A stretch of 63,147 bases of DNA, counting the filler, from Nemertoderma westbladi (taxonomy: Eukaryota; Animalia; Xenacoelomorpha), in assembly GCA_032718475.1 (NCBI GenBank). It is 4 parts of 4 records of this genome, joined end to end, with 100 filler letters (N's around TTAATTAATTAA, not from the genome) between each part and the next. Parts side by side here need not be neighbours in the genome. Positions count along the whole stretch, not along the records: positions 21,700 to 45,995 come from JAUCBJ010002071.1; positions 46,096 to 58,263 come from JAUCBJ010005515.1; 2 more parts are not named here. One strand, written 5' to 3'. Position numbers and translations under genes: made by a program. The stretch's first letter is position 1. Each line of letters begins with the position of its first letter. The notes under the pieces are model-generated. The model did not search any database, was not told the DNA's origin, and worked only from the letters and a program-made list of their open reading frames with translations. This document shows, one piece after another, positions 37,367 through 50,229 of the stretch.

Positions 37367-38953
37367 ACTTTGCAGAAGTGAAGGCTGCTGCAAAGAGCAT
37401 TAAGACCAATCGTGCCAGTGGAGTAGATGGTGTTCCCCCTGAGGTCTTTAAAATACCTGAGTGTTTAAAGCTCATCTATCCCATCATAGTAGACATGTAC
37501 CGAACAACAAGAGTCCCACAAGAAATGAAAACAAATAAGTTGGTGCCAGTTCCCAAGAAGGGCAACCTAACACTCTATGGTTCTTTTCGGGGAATCTCAT
37601 TGATCTCGATTGCTGCAAAGCTATACAATAGGATTCTATTAAATCGCATCAGGGATCCCATTGAGAGACTGCTCCGTGGAAATCAGAATGGGTTCCGTAA
37701 AGGTCGTGGGACCATGGAGCCCATTTTGGCACTTAGAAGGATAATTGAAGAGTTATAAAAAAAGAAAGACAGGCATCTGGCTGTTATCTTTGTTGACTTC
37801 TTCAAGGCCTTTGATTCAGTCTCTCGCTCACGTATGTTCAGCATACTTTCATTATATGGGATTCCTGATGAAATTATTGCAGCTATCAGATCAGTATACG
37901 ATGGTTCGACAACATTTGTGTCTACTGTTGACGGTGACACAGAACCATTTGAAGTGTTATGGGGCGTCCTCCAAGGAGACACACTTGCACCATTCTTGTT
38001 CATTATTGTGGTTGACTATGTTCTACGCATGTCCCTCGATCATTATAATGATGATGGGGTGATGATAACTCCACCTACTGGCTCCAGAAGTCGAGGAAAT
38101 CCTGCCAAGTACCTAACTGATCTAGACTTTGCTGATGACTTAGGAGTACTCTCAGAATCATTAGAGGGAGCCCAACGGCTCCTCAGCTCATTAGAACATG
38201 CTGCTTCTAGTGTTGGTCTTTTTATTAACTCCAGAAAGACCAAAATTCTGACAGTTAACTTTGAAAGTCCTCAGCAAGTCTCTGATCGGATGAGCATAAG
38301 CTCAAAGGATGGTATGCTTGAGCATGTAGACGACTTCTGTTACCTGGGATCATGGATCCGGAAGTCAGGTGAGGACCTTCGAATACGTAAGGGAAAGGCA
38401 TGGGCAGCCTTAAATAGGCTTTCCAGGATTTGGAAGTCACCGAGAATTAATCGAAAACTTAAGGTCCGATTATTTAGAGCATCAGTAGTTCCAGTACTCC
38501 TCTACGGGAGTCCATGCTGGGCTCTAACTGCTGAGGACACCAAATCTCTGGATGGCACATTCACAAGAATGCTACGCCGGGTTCATTGTGTCAAGTACAA
38601 TGCACACATCTCCAACCAGACACTATATAACATTGGAGGTGTCTCATTGGTTCCTCCAAGCTTGACACTAGAACAAAATCGCCTCCGCTTTGCAGGACAT
38701 TGCTTTCGCCGTGAGGACCAGCCAGTGCATAATCTTGTACTTTGGCAGCCTCATGGAGTGAATAAGCATGGTGGACAGCCCATGACTTTCTTGAGACGCA
38801 TCTTAAAGGACACTGGCCTTAAAGATGCGGATGATCTAGCAAATGTCATGGGTGATAGGGAGTTGTGGCGGTGCAATTTTGTTGACAAGCCGGCACAGCA
38901 TTCTTAAAAATGCAGCTGCAATGCAGCATGCCGATCCTAGTAGTAGTAGTAGT
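37367..38953 (+). mobile_element. 5'-truncated RTE-clade LINE, RT domain with one nonsense codon
   Basis: ASGVDG, FRGISL, NQNGFRKGR, FVDFFKAFDS, GVLQGDTLAPFLF, DFADDL, FCYLGS. TAA at 37756 where the 18-kb copy has TCA. (TAG)n tail; TSD AGTTAATGTAAA at 37355-37366 and 38954-38965. Confidence 0.95.
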
Positions 38954-39742
38954 AGTTAATGTAAATACACAGGGGTTTTTCACTTAGAGTGTATAGTTTT
39001 TCCCATTACTAACAGTGGGTATATATTTTTTTTGTTCTCAGTGCTTCACTAGTAAAAGTAATACCATAGCCACAGAAATATGAATTACACACAACATGAT
39101 TGGCTCTATCCTGTTTGGGGGCCTCCAGTCTATTCAGAGTTCCGGTAGGTCTATACATCTGACTGTTGATTCTCAATTAAATTTGGTTTTAGATTTGGTT
39201 TTCTATTCTACAACATTCCTCACATTCGTTTATTGTTTTGGTTCCTTTCAACTCGCCTCTGTAACCTGCTCCTTTACTAACCTGCCTGGTTTTGGAGGCC
39301 CCCAAACAGGATAATCCCACATGATTTATATACAGTATACATTCCAACGTATTTATCTACTTCGGGCCTTCTTTGTTAGCAGTCTATTTTTCGTATATTA
39401 TTATATGTATTTTTTGCTTCTTAATAATATTTTAGTTGGGCTGCAGTTGTAGCCGTTTAAAGAGATTTTATGGTGTGTTTGCTGGTTTGTAGTAAATCAT
39501 ACATTAATCATTAAGATTAAACCAAACATTCTGCTGTAAGATTATTGTATTATTATATTATTGCATGTATAGAGGCCTATCAAATTACTTTCAACTTTAT
39601 AATTATACAGTACTGGTCAGCTGGTAGTGCGGTACTGCTTTACCGGTATATTATAATGGTAAGTGTAATACCACGTGCAGACGTGCTGACGTGAAGTACA
39701 TTACCGAAACCGAAACCATCCGATACCTACCGATACCTCTGC

Positions 39743-40403
39743 GGCGACGGGATCAACTTCCACGCCGACTTTGACTGCGACCTCTTCCTCTGGGGCGACG
39801 GGATCAACTTCCACGCCGACTTTGACTGCGTTCTCTTCCTCTGGGGCGATGGGATCAACTTCCAGGCCGACTTTGACTCCAATCTCTTCCTCTGGGGTGA
39901 CGGGATCAACTACCACGCCAACTTCGACAGCGATCCCTTCCTCTGGGATGACGGGATCAACTTCCACACCGACTTCGACTGCAATCTCTTCCTCTGGGGC
40001 AATGGGATCAACTTCCATGTCGACTTCGACTGCGATCTCTTCCTCGGGGCAACGGAATCAACTTCCACGCCGACTTTGACTGTGATCTCTTCCTCTGGGG
40101 TGGTGGGATCAACTTCCACACCGACTTTGACTGCAATCTCTTCTTCTGGGTCAATGGGATCAACTTCCACATCGACTTCAACTGCGATATCTTCCCCTGG
40201 GGTGACGGGCTCAACTTCCACACCGACTTCAACTGCGATCTCTTCCTCTGGGGCGGCGGGATCAACTTCCACATCGACTTCGACTGCGATCTCTTCCTCT
40301 GGGGTGACGGGATCATCTTCCACGTCGACTTTGACTGCGATCTCTTCCTCTGAGGCAACGGGCTCAACTTCCACGCCGACTTCAACTGCGATCTCTTCCT
40401 CTG
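39743..40403. repeat. 51-bp tandem repeat, about 13 copies, open as a 17-aa repeat on both strands
   Basis: GATCAACTT at 39751 and 39802. Plus strand reads TAISSSGVTGSTSTPTS; minus strand reads EEEIAVEVGVEVDPVTP. One unit has a 1-bp indel near 40045-40055. Confidence 0.93.
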
Positions 40404-41699
40404 GACCAGGGTGGTCATCTGGATTGGAGGTGAGAACAATGAAAGCAATGGAATATCAAATAAATGTGATAATATCGCGGGTCACCATCACCCCCAGTCA
40501 GGTAGGTCCAGGAAACCATACAGCCTATGACCTGGCCGGGTGGTGCATGGGGGACGGAGATGTGACATCTGGTGGGATGGGTTTACAAATGCACAACCGC
40601 ATAACTGAAATGATCGCAGAAGACATTTTAGAGAACAATCATAACTCTGGACCATTTGCAGATTTGAATACTGGCATGACAGGTAGATCACCCAACCGTG
40701 AGAGTCAAATCAACCAGAAATCTGTAGGGTTTGTTATTAATTCTATGCCACTTGATACCTGTATATATCATTCTATATCTGATACTGATATGATTATGTC
40801 TTACTGTAGGTCTTCACGTACCAACACAGGTTCTATCAATACTTTTACCTCAACCCCACTACATACTTCCTTATTAGGCAGCCCCCACAAGCTCTACCAA
40901 CCATAGCTAATCACTACTACAAACTGAAACCACGGCCACTAACACTTACAGCATCCCCATATCTCACTATCCGACCAGCACACGCGCGACTGTGACTGCA
41001 GCTTCCAGTAGTGCAATTATTGCAAAGTGCAACTCCCCATGTATTACCAATAACACAACCACCCCACCAGCTCAAATTTTAATTAATATTAACCCCACAA
41101 GCCCACCCTCATCATGCCAACATCAAATACAATATCCTGATCCTCTTACCAATGAAATGTGGAATTACAGCATGGAAATTGCAGGTGATCATGAAGCTCC
41201 TAAACAAAACAGACAAAGGACCAGAAGTCAAACCAACACGCCCTTCCCCTCTGAAGCTAACACAAGAAAAATACCTTCAACAAAAGCCACGCGAAAGCCA
41301 AAAAGGCTGCCAAACGAACCACCAGATTTGCCAAAGTTGTAGAGCACCATGTGGGGTCCTCAGAGCTAAGTGAGCAACAAGCATTGTTAGCAGAGACCAG
41401 AAGGCAACCAATGCTGTCAACTGTTGCCAGTGAACAACTAGCAGGTTTCAAAGAGGCTAGAGAGGTACCTGAGTTGCCCAGCAAGTTTCATGAGCGACCA
41501 GTTACATCCACAGAGGCTAGTAGCAAACGACCAGTATCTATTGCCAAGACCTGTGACACTGAAATCAGTGTGCAACAGGTTAAGTCTGCCAATGCCAGCG
41601 AGGAAGCCTTGGACTATGCTGACGCAGACTTTTCCAGATGTAATCGAATTAACATCTAAACCAATAAATAACAGTGTATATGAGGTCTACCCAGACAGC

Positions 41700-42449
41700 A
41701 GCCAGAAACTGTCAGAAAGGGACATTCCAGCAGAAATAAAGACATATATTATCAATCTTGACACTGCTGAGCCTGGATATCCAGCACCTCTACAACAATC
41801 TATGCGATGCTTGGAGCCCAATGAGATGATGAACGATGACGTAGTGGATGGTTTCTTGGGTCTAGTCAGTAGACAGTTTCCCCATACTACATCCATCCTA
41901 TCTACTCTAACATCCAACTTAAGACGTCCAGTCTATGATCCCCTCAATGCTGTAAAATATATGGCCCAACATTATATAGCACTCCACAAAAACCAGCGGC
42001 CCATCACGTTATTCTTCCCTGAATGTGTTCAATACAGAATTCAGAAATAAGAAACAAATTCACATACAGTCGAAATGTTGAACCTTAAAGGATCTACAAT
42101 GCCTACCAAAACTACTTTTGCCATCACTGATCTTCTCCATAACATTGATATTAGTAGAAAGCGAAACCATACTAGTGCCCCAGTTTCTACAAAGAAATGG
42201 ACAGTTACATGCGGCTCTCTATCCTTTCCACAGCAACCTGATTATGACTATGTAAACTGCGGTGTTTACCTGTGTCTATATGCACTGGCACTGGCCCAGG
42301 GTAGTTCAACGATATCTCCCATTTATGCAGATAGCACTGCATCAAGGATCTGGATTCGCAGCTGTCTTGAAAATTGCAAATTGGTGGACAATTCTTTAGT
42401 GATGTGTGACTTTATCATTTCTCCCATCGAGTGCAAATACTTCAGCTGA
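41700..42449 (+). pseudogene. Ulp1/SENP-like (peptidase C48) cysteine protease remnant
   Basis: CLEPNEMMNDDVVDGFLGLV (WLND-like motif) and FPQQPDYDYVNCGVYLCLYA (QQ...DCG catalytic Cys motif). The catalytic His segment is not recognisable, and a stop splits the domain. Confidence 0.7.
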
Positions 42450-43563
42450 CTTAGTTCACTCTGAGTCATTGATGAGTTCCTGCACCCCCAACTCAAATAA
42501 AACAAATAATAACAGTGATAGCACTGTGGTAGAAAAGACTCTCTAATAGATGATCTAATAGGACTCAGCCCCAAACAATCCTTAGAACACTTATAGCAAA
42601 TTAATTATGAAGGAATAGCTTTCACTTCGCAACAAACTATTCTCGGAAGTACAGAAATTTATGACACCAATACAGGTTGTTAATCTTAAATTGTGACCAC
42701 ATTCAGGACCCTCAGAAGTATGCAATGACATGCTCGAAATGCTCTGAAATGCTTTGGAAATAATAAACTTACTGATAGCTGCAGAAAAAGGCTACAAAAG
42801 GAAGTGTACAATCCCCCACTTCAACCAACATTGGAATTCATGCGCCAAGATCTAATCAATGCCATCTCCAGTCTACAATCTAGCATCTGCAACATAGAAT
42901 ATGACAATATTAAATTTCGAGAGTTAAATAAACAACTACAACAAGACCTACAACATGAACATAGATCGCACATTGCTTTAGAATCTGAGATCTATAACCT
43001 CAAATAAACATGCAATTTATTGATTAACAACTCCCCAAACATAACTCAATCTGCCACCAGCCTGGATGAGTGGGAAATTGTTGACGAGAGTCATATTACA
43101 GACCCTCATAAAACTTCCTATAATCATGCTGTGCCCACAAACTCAGAATCCGCATTATGTATCCAATAAAATGAACAAAAGAACCACCACCAAACTCGTT
43201 GTCCAGGCAAAAAGTGACAATATAACTCCAGCTCCTACCTCTCATCTTAGCAGACCACCTAAGATGAACAGATACGAAACGCTCGCAGTTCAAACAGAGG
43301 ATGAAATGGTCCAATATCAAAAACAAATTTGTACCACAATGGACAATGATGGCAATGAATTGAATGGCAATCTCTACACTCTCAAGCCCTTAGCAGTACA
43401 AGCAGCTAAGTATACACATAAAAAAGAGCAAAAAAAATTGCCAACAATGATCACAAGCATGACAGCACACTGGAAGTCACTAACTACAATGATGTAAACC
43501 CATGGCAGAAGTCAAGCATGCAGTATAATTCCCACTTAAACAAAACCAACAAGGTCTCACAAC

Positions 43564-44498
43564 GTGTTTGATGACAGTGAGGGAGACACCGCAGTGGATA
43601 ACAACCTCATAGGAACAAATCAGACAAAACACACTGGCAAACAATGCGAATTGAGTTGTGCAACCATAAATTGTCGGGGCTTTAAAGGAAACTCTAACTA
43701 TGTAGTAGAAAATATATATGGTCATGATATTATAGGCCTACAAGAACATTGGCTGGCAGATTATGAGGCAAGAGAGCTATTAGAAAAAGACTTGAATGAT
43801 GAATTTATATGCAAATACCTTGTGAGTGACAAAATGGGTTCAACATCTTCAATCGGAGGATGCGGAGGAGTTGCCTTATTTGTACGGAAAAGTAAAATTG
43901 ATAACTACAATGTTGTGAAATGTGACGATATTCACATGACGATATTATTGGGATGGATATAACATTCAAAAACTTCGACGAATCTTTTCTCATTGTAACC
44001 GGGTATGCCCCAGATACTGGTAAATCCACAGAATCATATCATGACTTTTGGAATAGACTCAGCGCACTAGCTTCATTGCATAAAGATGGTCCTACTATCA
44101 TGCTTATGGACACAAATGGAGATATTGGTGCAAGGCAAGGAGATCGATATATGAGAATGGAGCCCTCTGCTCTTGGAAAAATTCTGCTCAGCTTCATGAA
44201 TGAAAACAACTTGACAGCTATTGACACGTACTCCAATTTTTTTAGTGGTCCCACTGCCACCTTCTATGGTCATGGACACTCCTACATTGACCACATTATC
44301 ACCAACAAATCTGTTCTACCTCATCTATCAAGTGGGTATGTGGCCCAGTATGAGCATGCACTCAATCACTCCGATCACGCTCCAGTATACTGCAGCATCC
44401 AGTTACCCATCCCCCTACCACAAAATGAAACTAAATGTAGAAGCACACACACTCAACCAAGATACCAGTGGGAAAACCCCATGCTCAAAACTAGATGA
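43564..44498 (+). pseudogene. Apurinic-like (APE/EEP) endonuclease of the LINE, frameshifted
   Basis: TINCRGF, DIIGLQEHWL, GGVALFVRK, GYAP, MDTNGDIG, SYIDHII, SDHAPV. Confidence 0.9.
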
Positions 44499-45995
44499 AT
44501 ATAATTCAATGGTTGCAAACGAATTCAATATTCTTGAACATGAATTTCCACAATCTCCGTCCTCATGGAATTTAGAAAAATATATGAAAATTATATTAGA
44601 AAATTATATGCTTGCTCTGACAAATATTCTGCAAGTAGCTGTATTAAAATGTATTAATCAAGTCAAAGTCCGCAGGAAAACCAAGAATATTTGGACACGC
44701 AACAATTAACTTCATGAGTATTCACGAACTACCAAAAGGCTTCACAATTCATGGTCACATACAGTAAACAAAGACACGGAGTACGGAAACAAACTGCACA
44801 CTGCTTTTCGGGAGTCCAAAAAGGCAACCAAGAACCTACGACATTTTCTAACAAACAACAGATTACAGGACAAGATTTGATTTTATTCTAACAAGAGAAT
44901 TAAAGACCCCAAACAATTCTGGCACTTTTTCTCAACCAGAAGTGAACCACCAACCACCTCCTCCATCACCACAAAAACAAATATATATAATGAATGCATC
45001 AAATCTATTACTGTGGTGAATGAAACTTTCAAACGAACTGGGTGGACTGTAAAGCACGTTAAAGTCAATGACCTCGCAACCTTATGGAACTCGTATGTCA
45101 AACCAGTTATACTCTATAATTTAATATTCCAGATGGGAGCCTTAACAGAGGAGGAAAGGGGAGCTGTAAATGTCCATTATAGGAAGAAACTACGCAGCCT
45201 CATACATGTCGGTAGCTATGCAAGTACCTCTGTAATTCTAAAATTATTTAGGACAAACGACTTAGACATCGAATCCTTCCGTGCGGCCATTGGACTTTTA
45301 ATTCGAATAAAGCGCACACCCAACGTCATCTTACAACCAGTCAGTCCTACGGTGCAATTTGCAATTTAACTCTTCAGAACGGTCTCTACCAATCTATCAG
45401 GGCCTTGCCTCAACTTTTGCAAAATGCATGAAGTATTTATTTCCCCTGCCCTTCACTACAATCAATGTTACTATATGACTACAACAAGAAATCAATATTA
45501 GAAAACATTTGTAATGGATCACTATCAGCTAAAGACGTGGCAAGCGGGAAGTACATACAGGGAATATATGACTTGGAAACAATTAACTTCAAAACAAAAC
45601 ACGATAATTATTCAATACTTCGCCATTACCGCTTGATCCTTATACCACTTTATGTATATTTAATTAATTTGAATTAATTTAATTAATGTGAAGTGTGAAG
45701 GAATGTATCTTGTCTCCCATCTTTATTACATCTCTTGTAATTCTCCTTTGTGTTTATGATGTATCTTACTTGACATATATTCTATAACCTTGTTTCGTGA
45801 ACTATGCCACATTTGCAATTTACAGTACTTATATTAAGCGTATCATCTGTTTTTATTCGTGCTGAGCACTTTTATTTCATAATGTCAACAATAATGTCAA
45901 TATTTATTTGATTAAATAGAAATGAAACTGAAACATCCAAGTTGATTTTACATTGTAAGGTCCATCCATTCATAATAGCAAAGAAAGGTAAGTAA

Positions 45996-46095
45996 NNNNN
46001 NNNNNNNNNNNNNNNNNNNNNNNNNNNNNNNNNNNNNNNTTAATTAATTAANNNNNNNNNNNNNNNNNNNNNNNNNNNNNNNNNNNNNNNNNNNN
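45996..46095. other. Artificial contig linker
   Basis: N44-TTAATTAATTAA-N44. Confidence 0.98.
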
Positions 46096-46147
46096 GAAGA
46101 CATCTTAATTTGGTGGGTTAAACTGCCAAAGGTCTGAAAGCGCGAAC

Positions 46148-47062
46148 ACAAATGTCTATTTACCACAAGACTACACTGCATCTAATTACCACAATATCAT
46201 TTTACAATGGCATCTAATTACCACAATATACAGAACTCAAGTGTCTATTTACCACAAGACTACACTGCATCTAATTACCACAATATACAGCCTGTACTGT
46301 AAATGTCTAATTACCACAATATACAGAACTCAAATGTCTATTTACCACAAGACTACACTGCATCTAATTACCACAATATTATTTTACAATGGCATCTAAT
46401 TACCACAATATACAGAACTCAAGTGTCTATTTACCACAAGACTACACTGCATCTAATTACCACAATATACAGCCTGTACTGTAAGTGTCTAATTACCACA
46501 ATATACAGTACGGTAGTTAGTAATACTCAGTGTCTAATTACCACAAGACTTCACTAACGTCGAATTACCACAATATACAGTACGGTAGTTATTAATACTC
46601 AGTGTCTAATTACCACAAGACTTCACTAACGTCTAATTACCACAATATATGCAGAACACAAGTGTCTAATCACAACATTATTATTTTTTAGGTTTGACAA
46701 ATATATTGGAATGACAAATGTAAACGCTCAACCGAAGTACGAATTCATTGATGTGTCTCGATTATTTGTACCTTTGTGGCAAATGGGCTTGATAATGGAA
46801 CTGACTATTTGTTGATTCGCTACTGATGACTGTAATGAGTATTAAAAAATACTCCTAATGAAATTTAACTTACGAAACTAAATGTTATTTATTGTCTTAT
46901 TTAATATACATGTTGTACAGTATGTCGTTTATTTACTTGTCAATTACGATTTCATCACGTAAACAAATACACAAATGCTTTTAATAATTTTATGTTTCAC
47001 TAACTACAATCATCTTTAAAACACCCACCAACTCTGATATTACTTAATTCTATTTACCTTTT
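46148..47062 (+). repeat. Dispersed repeat with TCTAATTACCACAA sub-repeats, copy 1
   Basis: Internal 182-bp duplication (46151/46333). Segment 46419-47062 is near-identical to the reverse complement of 54844-55451. Confidence 0.88.
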
Positions 47063-47222
47063 AACTTAGGCCTATCTGTGATCTCTGATGTTATTCGGTG
47101 ATTGTCTTACTTGACTTTATAATTGATAAAATTTAATTACACACAAACATTAATAAATAAAATAAAATACAAAATACGTCTATAGGATTTACAGTCGATG
47201 GAATTGTTGGCAAAAGCTAAAA

Positions 47223-49415
47223 TCTAATATATATAAATATCGATTGTCTGTCAGTCAGTCAGTCTGTCTGTGTGTTTGTCATCGGCTATACAATCGAACC
47301 CATCTCGATGAAATCTCGCTTGCTATAGCTCGTTAGAAAGGTCTCGCCCTAACTCGTTGCAACGTAATACTCAGAGTCGTCTGAAGTTCGCCCGTCTGCC
47401 GCTAGAGGGCGATTTTCGTGATTTTCGGGCGAAATTTATCGAATTATTTCGGTTCTTCTATCGGTAATTAATGATTTAGAGGGCTAACATTTATCCCACC
47501 TGGTATAAAATTAACATGGGTAGATTCGCCGTGTCCCATTCTCACAAAGTATTTATTTTATTCGAGTGTTTAATATAAATATGTATGATTATTTATTGAT
47601 TAAAAAACAAATAGTGTATAAATATGTCATATTCGCCAAGCACGATCGAATTGGCCTATTGTTATTGAATAGGGAAGGATTGTTTTCTGTAGCAACCTTA
47701 AGGTAATTATTGAACTCGCAGCTAGCTGGCTGGGCACAGATAAGGAGCAAGCAGGCTGGAGTGTTGATTGGGGTGGGTTTGGGTTGTAGTAATTCTGCTT
47801 TCTCAATCATTGGCTGCATGGAAGGAGAGGTTTATAACATTTTTGTTTTACTGTTATGAATATTAAAAGTAAAAATAATTATTTCTATAGGCCTATACTT
47901 ACTGTATTATTATGTTATCTAATATTATACATCTAATCTCGATGAAATCTCGCTTACTATAGCTCGTTAGATAGGTCTCGCCCTAACTCGTTGCAACGTA
48001 ATACTCAGAGCCGTCTGAAGTTCCCCCGTCTGCCGCTAGAGGGCGAATTATCCGATAGTGAAAACCTGATCTTATTGGGTTGTTTTTAATGCTTTTGAGC
48101 TGAAACTTGGTAGCTATATACTGCAGCATAGGCTGTATATTTCCGGAGTCACTGGGTGGTCTACAGTTCCCCAGTCTACCGTTAGAGTGCTAAATGTCTG
48201 AGAGATAACATCTTCTCCAACTTTATTATTTACAATCCGTTTTGACTGAAACTTGGTAGGCATCTACTACAGCATAGGCTGAATCTTTACTGAGTCGCAG
48301 AGTCGTCTACAATTTCCCAGTCTACCGCTAAAGGGCGAAATGTCTGCAAGTTAACATCTTCTCCAACTTTGTTATTTATAATCCATTTAGACTGAACTTG
48401 GTAGGCATCTACTACAGCATAGGCTATATCTTTACTGAGTCGCGCAGAGTTGTCTACAGTACCCGCGTCTGCCGCTAGAGGGCGAAATGTATGAAAGTTA
48501 ACATCTTCTCCAACTTTGTTATTTACAATCCTTTTAGACTGAAACTTGGTAGGCATCTACTATAGCATAGGCTATATCTTTGCGGAGTAGTAGAGTCGTC
48601 TACAGTTCCACAGTCAGACGCAAGAGGGCGAATTGTCTGATAGTGAAAACCTCATCCCATTTGGTTCTTTTTAATCCTTTTGAGCTGAAACTTGGCAGGT
48701 ATCTACTACATCCTAGGCTCTATCTTTACGGAGTTGCAGAGTCCTATACACTTCCCCAGTCTACCGCTAGAGGGTGAAATGTCTGAAAATTAACATCTTC
48801 TCCAACTTTGTTATTTACAAACGGTTTAGACTGAAACTTGGTAGGCATCTACTACAGCATAGGCTCTACCTTTACGGAGTCGCAGAGTTGTATACAGTTC
48901 CCCTATCTGCCGCTAGAGGGCGAATTGTCTGATAGTGAACACCTCATCCCAATTGGTTCTCTTTAATCCCTTTGAGCTGAAACTTGGCAGGAATCTACTG
49001 CAGCATATTCTGTATCTTTACGGAGTCCCAGAGTCGTCTACAGTTCTTCAGTCTACCGCTAGAAGTCTGAATGTGAACATCTACACCAATTTTGTTATTT
49101 ACAATCTGTTTAAGCTGAAACTTGAAAGGCAGGCATTTTACTTCACCATAAACCCCACCTTTACCAAACTGCAGCGCCGTCTGCATTTCACCAGTCCGCA
49201 GGTAGAGGGTGGATCTGAAAGTGATCATTTTCTGGAAATTTTGTTATTTACAATCTGACTAAAGTTGAAACTTGACAGTTATCTCTTATGGGGGTGGTGT
49301 TTTATTTAATGATGGTGTCTATTCCGTATGCAGTTCTCAAATCTCCCACACATATTCATATATCATCTGCACGTGCACTAGAAAGCTGTGGCCCGAAGGG
49401 CCACAGGCTTTCTAG
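47223..49415 (+). mobile_element. Non-autonomous Helitron with internal ~146-bp tandem array
   Basis: A|TCTAATATATATAAA start followed by a GTCA/GTCT microsatellite. Ends in a GC-rich hairpin plus CTAG|T with no TSD. GAAACTTGG-containing units recur about 9 times between 48100 and 49275. Confidence 0.85.
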
Positions 49416-50229
49416 TTATAATAAAAAAATCAAATAAAGTACAGTATATTTTCTGAATGGGCATTGATCAGTCAGCTGGGCAGGGCTTGTAAATAATCCA
49501 AGGGCAAGGGTTCTGTTGTGCTCTGGGATATGTGGGCACAGTTTACTGTAGGATGACAATTGGCGGTGGAGAATGATATTTATATCATAAGCGACATTTA
49601 CAGTAGCAAATATGTGGAATAATTATTTCAATCCATCATTATTCGTGGAAGAGTTTTATGGGGATATGCACTGAGCATATGAGAATATGAGGTGGAGAAA
49701 TATCAACATAAATCACGATCATATAATGTAGAATAGAATGTATGAGGAATACAATGCGGTACACACAACGATAGTGCGGCAGTGTTCGACAGAGTCCCGA
49801 GTCCAGACCTGTGTCCTTGAAGGACCCCTACAGCAGTACGGTACAGAGACAGTATATGCAGATATGCCAGTATGCCAGATAAGCAGAGCGCTAGGCTATG
49901 GGCTGCATAGCGCGCTTAGCAGTAGTCTGACTGTGACGTCATCACGTATCACGCGGGTATCTCTAGGTATAAGCAGCGCGGGCTGCGTCCGCGTAGTAGA
50001 TGCGTACAGTATATCATCACACCCCCCTTCTAGTTTATCAGCGGCAGTGAATAAACTACCCAAGTCTATAGTCTGTTGGGTGGGCGTCTGTGACGTCGAG
50101 GGTAGGTGCGCTGTGGTGAGGAGCGCGCAGGGATTAGTGTTTCGCTGGTGAGCGGTGTCGCTCAGCGAATGCCTTTGGGTGAGCCAGAGTGGGTGGCGTC
50201 ATCGTCCCTTGGTGTCCCAGTGGCAGCGT

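Larger units (their letters stand above)
39700..45935 (+). mobile_element. Decayed APE-type non-LTR retrotransposon (RTEX-like), RT core deleted, Ulp1-like domain upstream
   Basis: Same-strand, C/A-rich series of broken ORFs: S/T repeat, Ulp1-like domain, coiled coil, APE, post-RT segment LWNSYVKPVILYNL, then an AAATAGAAATGAAACTGAAA tail-like end. The 5' boundary is uncertain. Confidence 0.6.
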
